A stretch of 64,000 bases of DNA from Octopus bimaculoides (taxonomy: Eukaryota), in contig NC_068993.1 of assembly GCF_001194135.2 (NCBI RefSeq), forward strand, positions 14,120,524 through 14,184,523. Direction: 5' to 3'. Positions 40,448 through 53,415 of this stretch are shown one piece after another. The notes beneath the pieces were generated by a model that saw only the letters and a list, made by a program, of their open reading frames with translations, was not told where the DNA came from and did not search any database. Numbering within the stretch: position 1 is the stretch's first letter; each line of letters opens with the position of its first letter. The translations under genes and the position numbers were made by a program.

Positions 40448-41099
40448 ATTGCTCATCATTCTCTCGATCTACAGAGAAGTAGTTAATATTATCTATTTAT
40501 CCACAGCATAGATTATTGATGTATAGTTTTTTATTTGTAAGGAAGGTAGCATAATGTGAAAACGAAAATCTGGCTATGTGGTGTTATGTTACGTTTAAAA
40601 TATGCTATAGAATGCAGAAAGTGAAAGGACAGTGGGAACTGCAAAACTGTTTTCACTCTTCAAATTATTTGTCGTTACATCGTTGATAAGAATCATCATC
40701 ATGCAAATACATGAGTTGATAAAACCGTTTGTAAAACAATAAAATTACACAAGATGCGTTAATAATACCAATAGGAAATAGAAAACGATAAACAAATGTG
40801 CGATTGACTGGAACAAAGCCGACTGTACCATAAATTCATGAAATTTTCTTTGATCACTGAAGAATTAGTAGTTTTTGTAGCCAAAATGTCAACCAGAGCA
40901 GAGTGTAATGATAATGGTAGAAGAAAATAAGAGAGAACTTAAGAAAAATGTTTTTATGAAAATGATACATAAAAATACTTACAACAATTGCGCGTGAACA
41001 TAAAACCCAATGCCTCAATGAATGTGGCTGGTAGTATGTAATTAACGTATGGAATGTATTTCTGTCTCACCCATCTCTCTCTTTCTATATATACATACA

Positions 41100-41160
<61 letters not shown>

Positions 41161-41744
41161 TTATTTATTTATTTATATATACACATAATTACATACATAT
41201 GCATGTGTATACATGGAAGCGCGCACACACACGCAAACTTTTAAACATTGGTAATCAGTTTAATACAATTAATATATTTTGTATTTGCTAGTTTAACATG
41301 GCGAAACGCCAGACGTTACACAGCTAAAAAGAAGTTAAATGATTCTAAGAAGCCATTTACTCGATAGACAATAGAGCATTAGTTTTAAACCAAAATATGA
41401 AGAGATGCAACAAAGCCATATCAATCGATGTTTAACTTTATATTTTTCCTATTTACATCGAATATAGTTGTAAGTTCTGTCATGTGTGCATATTACAATA
41501 TGCATATAATGAAGTAAAGATAACATACTTCAAGTATAACAATATAGAAATATGTCTGAATTAATTCTGAGAAATCTAAATTATAGTGAGTGTATCGATG
41601 CATATGTACAGCACTTTGATAAAATGTCGTGGAGAATTCCAATGCACAACTTATCGTAGTTCTGAGATCGATCCAATTATGCAGCGGCTTCGCTAAATTC
41701 ATTATGGGATTGTAAACGGAAGGTCGTGTGAATGTCTCTCGTTT

Positions 41745-41781
<37 letters not shown>

Positions 41782-44349
41782 TTCATACAAAAACTCAGTA
41801 TACCGAAGGATCAAAGGTTTTCCAAATTATCTAGCGTATATGATTTTCCTCTGCACGGGACAAAGATCCGTCACTGGATTAAACACTTTTGCCTTCTGAC
41901 CAGACGGGAGCAAGATGAAAGGAAGTCCTTTGCTGTAGAACACAACGCATTAAGGAACAGAAACCACAATCTTACAATCTAGAGCGTAATACCCCAAAAC
42001 GCTAGCTTATGTTTTTTCCTTCATTGCGAGTTTAACTTATGAACATATTTTGTCGATGCATCCCAGGCTAACCAAGCAGTGCTACAGATAGGCTTCCTTA
42101 AAATATATATTAGATCGCGATAAAGAGTTAAACTGATATGATAGACTAAACTCTTGAAAATAATCTCCAAGCATCGTTGAGGTTCAATGATTACAATCAG
42201 CAAATGTTAAAAAAAGAAAAAGAGAATTATAATGATATATTGTACACTGAGCCTCTGTCCCATTTAATCTCCTTTCGCATAATCATTGCGCAGTTTATTG
42301 AATCAGAAGCAGTTTCTGATGTTTCTACTAGAAACTAAGAAACCCCTCTGCTTGACAATAAAATAGCTTCTACTGCAGTTTGAAAATGTATTATGCGCGT
42401 GCAGATAGAAATTAAATACCACAGTTTGTCGTTAAATATGTTGTGTTGTTTCCAGTTGACGTGTATTTATTTAAACTCCCACTCTTTTATTTCCTCAATG
42501 CAGTCCTGAAATCAAAATTAAATTGAGTGTGTATTAAATTAACGAAACGTATAAAAACAACTTTTAAACAGTAACTGATAAAAGAATTACTCTCAAAGTC
42601 ACTGTATTGAACTGCTCCAATGTCAACTAATTACTATTCTTTTCTTTACTAAGCATGGTCTTGATAAGTGTAGTTTTGGTCATCGCCTATATATATACAA
42701 CTTAAGTTACCAATTTTCTTAAGCTCAAATCTACAGAATAACTTATCATGTATTGCCCAACGCCATTGACAATTTTGGTGACGAGAATTATCAAGCTATA
42801 TATATATATGAAAGTAAAAATGGGATTAAAATATCTTGGCAGATATCAAATAAGCACTCAGTATAAATGGATAAGATTAAATTTCCAACAAGTAGATACC
42901 AGTAAATGTATGTAGAATACAAATCCCAGATGAATCCTCATAAATAGCAGGTAAATCCAACAATCTTTATGCAGAATTTGAAGAAATTCAGAGTATTAAC
43001 AACAATCAAAGATATGTACGAAGAATATCATATCTATTTTTGATGACACCCTAAAAATCCAACAATTGTTTCAATTGTATTAACGTATGCATACATATAT
43101 ATATTCACACACACACACATACACAAACACACGAACGCACGCACACACACATATAAATAATATTAAAATTGATAAGTACAGACTATCATAATGAATATAA
43201 TTCAATCTAACACGTAACTCTGTTATCTCGTATATCTGTACATAATATGTTCTATATTGCACAATTTTTATCAACACTCTTTTGTTTGCTATACCAAAAC
43301 CTGTATAATGCATTTTCTGATATGATGTATGCAGAGGGGCATCCTCATTTTCTTGAATACCTCTCCCTCAACATGTCTTACGTCTACTGTGTCTGCGTGC
43401 AACCACATATCATTCCTAGCCACACTCTGCCACCAAGGCAAGGACAGATAAAGGTTTAATCTACTCATACATTTGAATTTGAGCCTGGCATATTTTGAAG
43501 CTCGCTCTTCAGCTGGTTCTCAGATACTAAATTGGACACTCAATACTGTTACTGTTGCCTAGCTATGTAGATGATACAGTAGGAGATATATATAATATTT
43601 TTTCCTGAAATATATGATACACCTCATCCTATTTTTGGACATACACAACTTGGTAACCAACCCTCAATAAATCTCTTTCATTCTCCTGTGGTGATGCTTT
43701 GGCGTTTGTTACAAATTTTTACCAAGTAGGAGTATTTTATAATGGCTTAGACATAATCAAGATGTGTTTGTGTTTGCTAGAAGATACAGGTCTACTCACG
43801 TGCATGCAGACATTTTCTGCTTTTCAATTTGGGAAAGCAGAAATTTACATATGTGACATATTGTTATTGAGTTGTCAGTTTCACTAACAGTTTCAGCAAA
43901 GTGTGAAGAATTATCAAAATTGTTGTCTAGAAATTATAGTTTTCTGCAAGGATATGTTTGTTTACTTCACGTTTTTTGCTTTTGTATACTTCTTGCAAAA
44001 AAGCTAGGTCTTGGGTCTAATTTGTGAGTGTTGTTTGCTAACATAGTTGTTAAGAATGACAGCCAAACACGGGAAACTGTTCATAATGTCTGATTACGTT
44101 CTTTAATAATTAGTGAGGAATATGTAAACCAACTATGCACTTGCCTGTTTTTAAAATTAATTTCAAAAGAATTACAGCAATAAAAATTACCCAAAATTTG
44201 AAAATGTTCACACAGTACCAATTCATGCTGAAGATCTGAAAAAGAACTCTTGCCAAAGTTAAACAGAATTGAAATGACAATGAACATGAATGAAGATGAT
44301 GATGAAGGTGCTAAAAGCAAAACAAGGAAGCATTATTATTATTATTCAG

Positions 44350-44840
44350 TTAGAGAGCAGTGCAATACCATCAACGTGACTCTGGGGTAAAATATACGTA
44401 GCCCAATAAGCCCATCATAAATATTCGTCTGATAGGGTACTCCAAGCACATGCATCACAACTATATGTGCGCAGCATGGTCAACTCGATTAACAGCGCAT
44501 GAACTTACAGTTGGGCCCAGTTAGAATGTTTTTCGGGGTGAGTAACCCATCACGCTCAAAAGATACCTGAATAAGGCTTGTTTAAGGATGTTGAACGAAG
44601 CACCCATGTTTCCAGAGGTGAATTATTCAAACACCAAATAATTCCTCTCAACACATGGCTATGATACTCCCTACATTCATCTGCTCAAGTGGTTAAGATC
44701 AAACAACTGACAAATAAATATGTGGTATTGAGCAGAATATTTGCTGTAGCCCATCTTTTATAGCAAGACAAAACATGTACATTATACCACTTCCAAAGAA
44801 TTAAGATCAGAAGCCATGCGAGCCACTACCTGGTACTGCA
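44350..44840 (-). mobile_element. Interspersed repeat with an (AAT)n tail on the minus strand, probably a LINE 3' UTR or non-autonomous element
   Basis: Abrupt block of higher-complexity, higher-GC sequence bounded by (ATT)n at 44331-44346, with no ORF. I recall it as an abundant octopus repeat but have not verified this. Confidence 0.4.
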
Positions 44841-44939
44841 GCCGGCCCTTCTTATAGGTGCTTTCGATCTAGTTTGGATTCTTTGCCATCAAATTTGATT
44901 GTTTCTACTGTTGCTGCTGCTTCTAAGAACAATATCCTA

Positions 44940-45150
44940 ACCAGTGAATTGGCAGAATCGTTTGCACGCCGGGCGAAACACTTGGTGGTATTTCGTCTCT
45001 AGCTACGTCTTGTGTTCAAATTCCACCGACTCTGCCTTTCACCTTTTCGGGGTCGATAAATGAAGTACCAGTCAAATACTGGGTTCGATGTAATCGATTA
45101 GGCCTCTCCCCCACAAAAATCAAGGCCTCGTACCTGTAATAGAAATGACT
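44940..45150 (+). mobile_element. SINE family B, near full length
   Basis: TGGCAGAATCGTTTGCACGCCGGGCGAAACACTTGGTGGTATTTCGTC..GTTCAAATTCCACCG..GCCTTTCACCTTTTCGGGGTCGATAAATGAAGTACCAG. Confidence 0.85.
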
Positions 45151-45676
45151 ATTATACATGCACCAATACTACTACCAACATCACCACCACCGCCCCTGCT
45201 ATTGCAGTTGCTGCTAATGTAATTGCTGCTGCTGTTATTTCTCATGCTACTGCTATACACTGTGTTGTATGGCAGCATTTCTCTTATTGCGATTTAATAT
45301 TTTATGAAGAAACCTCGAAACTAAATGTAAAAATAATATCAACTGATTTAATTTCAAATGACGTGAGACAAAAAAAATGTTTTGTACACATAATCTTTCC
45401 ACAGACAAATGTGTTGAAGCAGTAGACTTTGAGAATAAATATCATAAATGCGTAAGATCAACAATGAAGATCGCATCAGTTTCACAGCTGATATTTGTTT
45501 TTTCTTTACGTGTGTTTATTAATAAGTATCGGTCGTCAGAGTTGTTTTTCTTGACGTTTAGCTCAATGTCATTTCTCTTACACTTCAGACGACAAATGCT
45601 CAGAAATATCCTGGTGATGGCTATTTCTTATATCTTTCTTTTGTTTACGTATGACTACATATCATTGAACATAGAA

Positions 45677-45824
45677 AGGGACGTGGCTGTGTGGTAAGAA
45701 GTGTGCTTCCCAACCACATGTTTCTGGTTTCAGTCCCAGTCAATGGCATCTTAGCTTAATGAGTGGATGTAGCAGAGGGAAACTCAAAGAACTCCGTCGA
45801 ATGTATGTATGTATGTATGTATGA

Positions 45825-45870
<46 letters not shown>

Positions 45871-46108
45871 ATACATATGCGTGTGAGTGTTGGCTTTTGT
45901 TCCTTGACAACAGCTGTTTGACAAGCGGTATTGGAGTGTTTACGTTCTCGTAACATAGCGGTTTGGCAACAGGAGATCGAGAGTATAATTATGTGACCTA
46001 AACATAAAAGACAAATGCTGGGGTCGATTATTTCAACTAAAATTTCACAAAGTGTTGCCCCAGCATAGCCGCAGTCTAATGACTGAAAGAATAAAAAAAT
46101 AAAAAATA
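45677..46108 (+). mobile_element. SINE family A, full length, with a long internal (TATG)n(TG)n tract
   Basis: Head ACGTGGCTGTGTGGTAAGAAG..TTTCAGTCCC; microsatellite 45801-45890; tail CCCAGCATAGCCGCAGTCTAATGACTGAAAG plus an A-rich end. Confidence 0.85.
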
Positions 46109-47816
46109 TTCCTTTGTTATCCTAAGAATTCAAGTGGGATGCAAAATGCATGGTATCACCATACGTTTCAATATAACTATTATATTTATATAAAATTTGC
46201 TGCATAGTGTACAGTATTCTGAAGGACATTGAGTTTCCAAGGAGGAAACGATAGTGACAGTGTAGAAGCTTGTTATTTTCTTTTAGTTGACCCGTTCAGG
46301 TAAGCATGGTAAGCGCTGATTTATCTACGTCATTGTTACTCTTTTCAATGCAGTCCATCTATATTATAATTTAATCTAATATTTCGAATTATTAAAACGA
46401 AAATTTTATTTCGCATATAAACATATATTAGTTTTACACACATATATTCTGTATTATGCTATAATAATAATTAAAAAAAAAAGCAAATATAAAATATAAA
46501 ATAAAATGTTTAATAGGATTGTATTTCATTAAAATATGTTTAGTAATAATTTCTAACTCCAAAAGAAACTCAGTTTAATTTACTAGCAATCAAATTTAGA
46601 TTAAGAAATTCATTAAATACACAACATATTAATCTCTGAATATCAAGAAAAATCTAATTTTATTTTTACCGCTAATCAATATGTCATAAATTCTTATTCT
46701 GATAAAACTCTATTGAGATATCATATATTCAGTTGATCTTTGATGATTGGCATTCGTTTTATGTTTATTGATTAAACTCTATCTCGCAGTGAGATGTCAC
46801 ATCATAGGATGATCTATTTATTATTTTTTTTAATGATAAAGTGTAAACTATTCGTATGTAATGATTAACTTTCTGATTAGTTATTCAATTGCTTAATATT
46901 AATGACAAAACTGCCGATGGGGATTGTATATTAATTAATCACGTCATAACTATTTTCGATAGACAACATAAGTATTTAATTTATAAAATGATTAATGTTT
47001 TCCTGCTTTGTGATTTCTTATTTGAGGAATTTGTTTCATTGCTGGCCTTCTAATATCTTGATGCGAGTAATCATACGGCTTTGAGATATCATCGAATTTA
47101 CGATCTAATAAAATACTAGCATACAGATATTGAGTTCAAAATTTGATGCAAATATTATATCGTGGAGAACTACGTTAAATCCTTCCTGAGTGGCAACATA
47201 TCTCTAGTAAATGAGTGCCAAGTTGTTCGAAGTTATATGTTTCAGTCAACTCACATGACTTCAGGTATATCGATATATCTCACCGAAATAAAACAAATTT
47301 AATATGATTTATGGACAAGCAAATAATAATTATTGATTGGTAAATAAATTCACTGATTTATAGAACTAGTATATGAATGAAAAATAAATATTGCAAATAG
47401 ACACGACCTATGTTATTGAATATATTTCTGTATTTCATAGAACCTTAGAATTTCTAGTTAATGGTATATTCAAAGATTTATTTAGTTCATGTTAAAACTT
47501 GTGTATATAATAAATGATATTTATTCCTTCAATAGATATATCGAAGTTTCGTGTTCAAACGATTTCATATCGAAATTCACTCATCAGTTCTCATTTGAGT
47601 TCGGACTAAATAATAACACCGCTTACTTGCTTTGACACAGCAGTTAAATCCATGTTTCATAGTTCCTTCGTTAATGTTATTTTATGGAATTGGCAATGTT
47701 TCATACATACACGCGCGCTTTCACCCACACATATATGTATGCTTGCATACATACGTTCGCACATACACACATATATCTTTATATGAACGTTTCTCTCCCT
47801 TTAACCTCTCCTTTTT

Positions 47817-47849
<33 letters not shown>

Positions 47850-48440
47850 NNNNNNNNNNNNNNNNNNNNNNNNNNNNNNNNNNNNNNNNNNNNNNNNNNN
47901 NNNNNNNNNNNNNNNNNNNNNNNNNNNNNNNNNNNNNNNNNNNNNNNNNNNNNNNNNNNNNNNNNNNNNNNNNNNNNNNNNNNNNNNNNNNNNNNNNNNN
48001 NNNNNNNNNNNNNNNNNNNNNNNNNNNNNNNNNNNNNNNNNNNNNNNNNNNNNNNNNNNNNNNNNNNNNNNNNNNNNNNNNNNTATATATACCTAAGTAT
48101 ACATATATATAAATAATACGTATTTATATATATATTACATACACAAAATATGTATATATATATATATATATATAATATATATATTATATATGTATGTATA
48201 TAAACATATATCCTTACATACATGCATACATTTATTCATACACACATACATAAATACATACATACTCATATACATTTATACAAACTTACATACGTGTATG
48301 TGCAATTGTACATATGCACAAAGGTGCACACAAAAACACACAACCATGCGCAAGCAAACATCTACAGAGAAATTGATAAAGGTGGAAGGAAGAGAAAGAG
48401 AGAGAGAGAAAAAGAGGAGGGGTAGAGAGAGAGAGGGGGA

Positions 48441-48471
<31 letters not shown>

Positions 48472-48785
48472 TATGATGGAAGGGACAGTGAGGTTTGAAG
48501 AAGGGAAATCACAGGAATAAATGTATAAGAGAGAAAGAAATAAAGGAATGCCGTATTTGTAAATACACAGTAATGTATGTCAGTGCAAATATCGTCTTCA
48601 AATAAGATACATAGACAAATACATATATAAACATACCGACATATATATTTGCGCAAAGAAATTTGCAAACGCAAACCATATATATAAGATGAGGCATACG
48701 CATATGCAGAGGGTTGTACACAAATATAAATCCGTGTACAGGAATGTACCCACACGCACACTGAAACCCATAGATAATACGTACA

Positions 48786-48830
<45 letters not shown>

Positions 48831-49385
48831 CCCATTAAATTTTGGGTAGTATATATGTTTATTGTTCATATTTAACATCGTATTTTATGGTGAACGTTTT
48901 ATGATGCACCTCATAGAAATATTGGTGTTAAACTATATATTCATTGCTGATACCGGTATCCTTTGAATGTGTGTTCAAATATCTAACAACTCTTTTGAAT
49001 TATTAACACCGGTTTTATTTATCGGTTATATTTTTTATTATAGGTATTTAAATAGCACAGCCATGTTTGCCGAATGTCAAATCAAAGACCATTTATGTTT
49101 TCTAAGAACACCGGTAAATAGATGATTGTACATAAACGCTCTCAAGTACACACACGCACCCTCACACACACACACACACAGACACACACACACTCACACA
49201 CGCACACACAAGCTTGTGTGCATATGTGTATATGTGTATAAGCGTTTGCTTGTATGCCCGTACGCATCCTTTTCTATGTTTTTCGTATGCATTCATAATA
49301 TGTCTACTATATATCAATATACGTTGTTACACACATACGTTGTTATACACACACTCACACACGCACACTCTTATACATATTATGT

Positions 49386-49435
<50 letters not shown>

Positions 49436-50399
49436 CATATAGATACATAATTTTATATATGTATGCAATATATATGTGGATTTGCATATATACATAAATA
49501 TGGTCATATGTGTNNNNNNNNNNNNNNNNNNNNNNNNNNNNNNNNNNNNNNNNNNNNNNNNNNNNNNNNNNNNNNNNNNNNNNNNNNNNNNNNNNNNNNN
49601 NNNNNNNNNNNNNNNNNNNNNNNNNNNNNNNNNNNNNNNNNNNNNNNNNNNNNNNNNNNNNNNNNNNNNNNNNNNNNNNNNNNNNNNNNNNNNNNNNNNN
49701 NNNNNNNNNNNNNNNNNNNNNNNNNNNNNNNNNNNNNNNNNNNNNNNNNNNNNNNNNNNNNNNNNNNNNNNNNNNNNNNNNNNNNNNNNNNNNNNNNNNN
49801 NNNNNNNNNNNNNNNNNNNNNNNNNNNNNNNNNNNNNNNNNNNNNNNNNNNNNNNNNNNNNNNNNNNNNNNNNNNNNNNNNNNNNNNNNNNNNNNNNNNN
49901 NNNNNNNNNNNNNNNNNNNNNNNNNNNNNNNNNNNNNNNNNNNNNNNNNNNATACACACGCACATGTATGTATGTGTATATATAAGTGGATATTTTACTT
50001 TTTCTGCTACTGTGAGATACACCATCACATGGTTCTTCAGGCAACGTTGAGTGAGAATCTTTGTTCTGCCTACATAGAAAGGACTCTTGAGAAAAAAAAA
50101 ACAAGAAAAGAAAGAAATAGAAGTATGCATTATGTTACAGTAATGGCATATTTGAATTGCAAGAAGATCCTTTACGCTGGCTCTTCTATGTCAGGCATTT
50201 CTCTCACTGTCTCTTTTGTCGAACACCTTTGTGAATGTGTACAGTTTTTTTAAGGTTTGAACGCGTGGCATTCGTTTTTAATGTCACTTAAGTACCTATT
50301 CGTGCAACTACGATTATATTGAGATGTATGTGTACTTGTACCACGTTGTTTATAACGTTGAATGTATGTAGATATATTAGAAGTGTAGATGTGCTGAAT

Positions 50400-50780
50400 A
50401 TATTTGTGTTGTATGGTTAAGAAGCAAGCTTTGCAGCCACGTGTGTTTTTGGTTTGTCCCTCTGCGGGAAAAAAATGTGCAAGTGTCTTCTGCTATAGCC
50501 CCGGACCGATCAATGTGTTGTGAGTGAATTTGGTTGACGAAATTGTTTTCCAGTCTAATGTATATATGATTGTGTCCTTACTTTTCTGGTTCTATACCTT
50601 CCACTCGAGAAATATGTTAAAGTCGACGTCACCAAACGTTTCGCCAAGAGATAACGATCGAATAACTACTAGGATTGAAAAGTAGATATCGGGGCCAATA
50701 TATTCGACTAAATCCTTCAAAGCGGATCCCCAACTTGGTCGTAGTCTAACGAGTGAAATAAATGAAAGGTAAGACATAAA
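50400..50780 (+). mobile_element. SINE family A, diverged
   Basis: GTTGTATGGTTAAGAAGC..GCAAGTGTCTTCTGCTATAGCCCCGGACCGA..TTGTGAGTGAATTTGGTTGACG, then GATCGAATAACTACTAGG..TTCGACTAAATCCTTCAAAGCGG. Confidence 0.7.
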
Positions 50781-52275
50781 AGCTATGACATATAATCAAC
50801 CAATAGAGCCGTATCACAAGCATGCTCCCTTTTGTATTTCTATCTGCTTGTATACCTTTGTGAATTCCATCCATAATTCTCATAAACATATACTAGTACG
50901 TTGTTACAGTGATTATTTGATACGAGAATTGAAAGAAAGAATAACTATTATTGACTTCCCAAATGAGATGTTCATCATGGTGACCACTTCTTTATTGTTG
51001 AATATTATTGTTTGCAGGCTTTAATTTCATTAAACAACCCGACGATTAAAAAACTTGTCAGTCATAGCTCTGTGATCAAGGGACTCGTGTTGCAACAGCG
51101 TGTAAGAGTGTGTTAGTGTGTATGTGTGTATTCGTGTGCCCGTATATGTATGTGCGTGTCTATGTGCGTGTATGCTTCTCATACCGAATTTCAGTTCGTA
51201 AAAGTATAGTCTAAATTATTCTCATTACGTTCCTTTCTGTGAAATCTTGAAATTAAACTGTTGCAGTATATTTTATATCTGATCAAAATATATTGTCAAA
51301 TTACCTCCGCAAATAAGTTTTGAACTTTCATTTCGTTCAGATCCATCGTATACCCCATTAAAGTTTGCATTATTATAAAATAGAAATTTGGACCATATCA
51401 TATTTCACTCCGATCAGAGATACTATCGCTGGCCTCAGAAAAACTATCTAATATCTGAAACCACATGACAATATTCACAAGCCTCTTTTTCTTATAACCA
51501 GTATAGATGTGAAATAATATAAAAAATCACCATCCATTGACAAGGTTCCGAAAGCAACGAAAATGTTGGAAGAAAAAATATATACATAAATAATAAAAGC
51601 TTGGAAATTCAACCGGTGAGTGTGTTACATATTAAGGCATTGAAGCAATGAGACTCTCCCCAGACACAACGAAATATAAAGCTGGTTTCAGCTTACGTCA
51701 CTCGCGCATAACTTCAGCTTATATGAAAGTTCGTCGCCTGAAAAGATAGAATGATAAAGCGTAATCAATTTTGAAACTGATTTATAAAGTTTGCAATAAT
51801 AATCTGCTATTAATCAGGAAAAGTAAATTTAAAACTTAAAAAGACAAATGTCACTATAATGTCTCGGCTAAGTTTCTATGTCGCAAGTAAAAGATATATT
51901 CTAGAAGAAGGCGTTTTTGCTTCAAATTAATATAGCTTATATCTGAAACGGTGCCAATTAACATTCAGCAGCAGATGGTTACAATATAAGTTATTGAAAA
52001 TATTAGAAATTGAAACTTTAATCGTTTGAGATGTGACCTTTAACTTTCAGCATAATTCCAATTTATAATCTGGTTTGACCGGAGTTCATCTGACATTATA
52101 GTAAATCATAACATCGCGATATAACTAATGTGTGTTCAATAATGCTGATCACTAACCTATGGTGATGACAAATGTATATAAATATATGTGCATGCGTATA
52201 TGTGTGTATGCAAATATTCATACATATACACACACATACAAATGCATATAGATATTCATATATATGAGGCAAAGG

Positions 52276-52307
<32 letters not shown>

Positions 52308-53287
52308 ATATTTAAGCATGTGTGTCGACATACGCGTATATATGTGTTGATGGAAATTTATATTGCAAGCAAATATAACATGCATACCAATGTCTACAAC
52401 TGCCGCAACGGAAACAGTTTTCTTTTGTCAACAGCGTAAATGCCAGCTTGTGCGCAGATTTTATCAATCGATAATGAGTATATTCGAATTGAAAATCAAC
52501 TTATTAAGATATAATACCTGATTGAAAACTTTAGGATATCTTGCAAAGGTTATGATGAAATCGTTAATCTGGAAATGTAAGAAAACGGAGAAGTAACTGG
52601 TTATTACATCTGTGTCGTCATGTTTAGTAAGTTAGCCACCGATACACAATGCCTATAAATTAGACGAGAAGGCCACCGTTTAAATGCTATGTATATCAAA
52701 CAATTCTTGATGGTAAAATGCGAAATTTACCCAAACGCACGATCAACAACAATTGTAATAACTCTTTGTTTCTCATTGTTTAATAATGGTTTCTTTAACA
52801 TAAGAACGAAAACAAGAGTAAGGACAACTAGACCTTATCACAAAGAACTAAATAACATAAGATAGAAAGAAAAAAAAAATGTGGGAATCGGTCAAGAATT
52901 TTTTATGTCTTCAGCAACGTCATTAGGTCTGATATTCACGTAGAAAAATATAAATGATATAGATCGAGCTTTCAAGAATTTTCAGAAATAAGGTTATATA
53001 TATTCTTTTATATATACTTATTGAGAATCCTATAACATGTACATAGTAATATACAGGACACACATGTATTTTAGATCATTCACAATATACACTATTGATG
53101 TCATAATTTACTGTTGTTTATCTTCTATGTCAATGTAGATGGAATAGATTCTATATAAAAATATATTCCAGCCGGGTCTATACTGTATATGCGTGTGTGT
53201 GTGTGTCTGTATGTACGCATGTATGTATGTATATATGTATGTGCGTATGTATGTGTAATGTGTGTGTGTGTGTGTGTATCAGTGATT

Positions 53288-53415
53288 GAGTGTCTTTGTG
53301 TCTGTGTTTTTCCTCCGCCACCGTTTGACAACCGGTGTTGGTGTGTTTACGTACACGGAACCATAGCGTTTCGGTAGAAAGAAAACGATAGAATAAATAC
53401 CAGGCTTAACAAAAA
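53288..53415 (+). mobile_element. SINE family A, internal/3' fragment following a microsatellite
   Basis: GTCTTTGTGTCTGTGTTT..TTTGACAACCGGTGTTGGTGTGTTTACGT..GATAGAATAAATACCAGGCTT. Confidence 0.8.
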
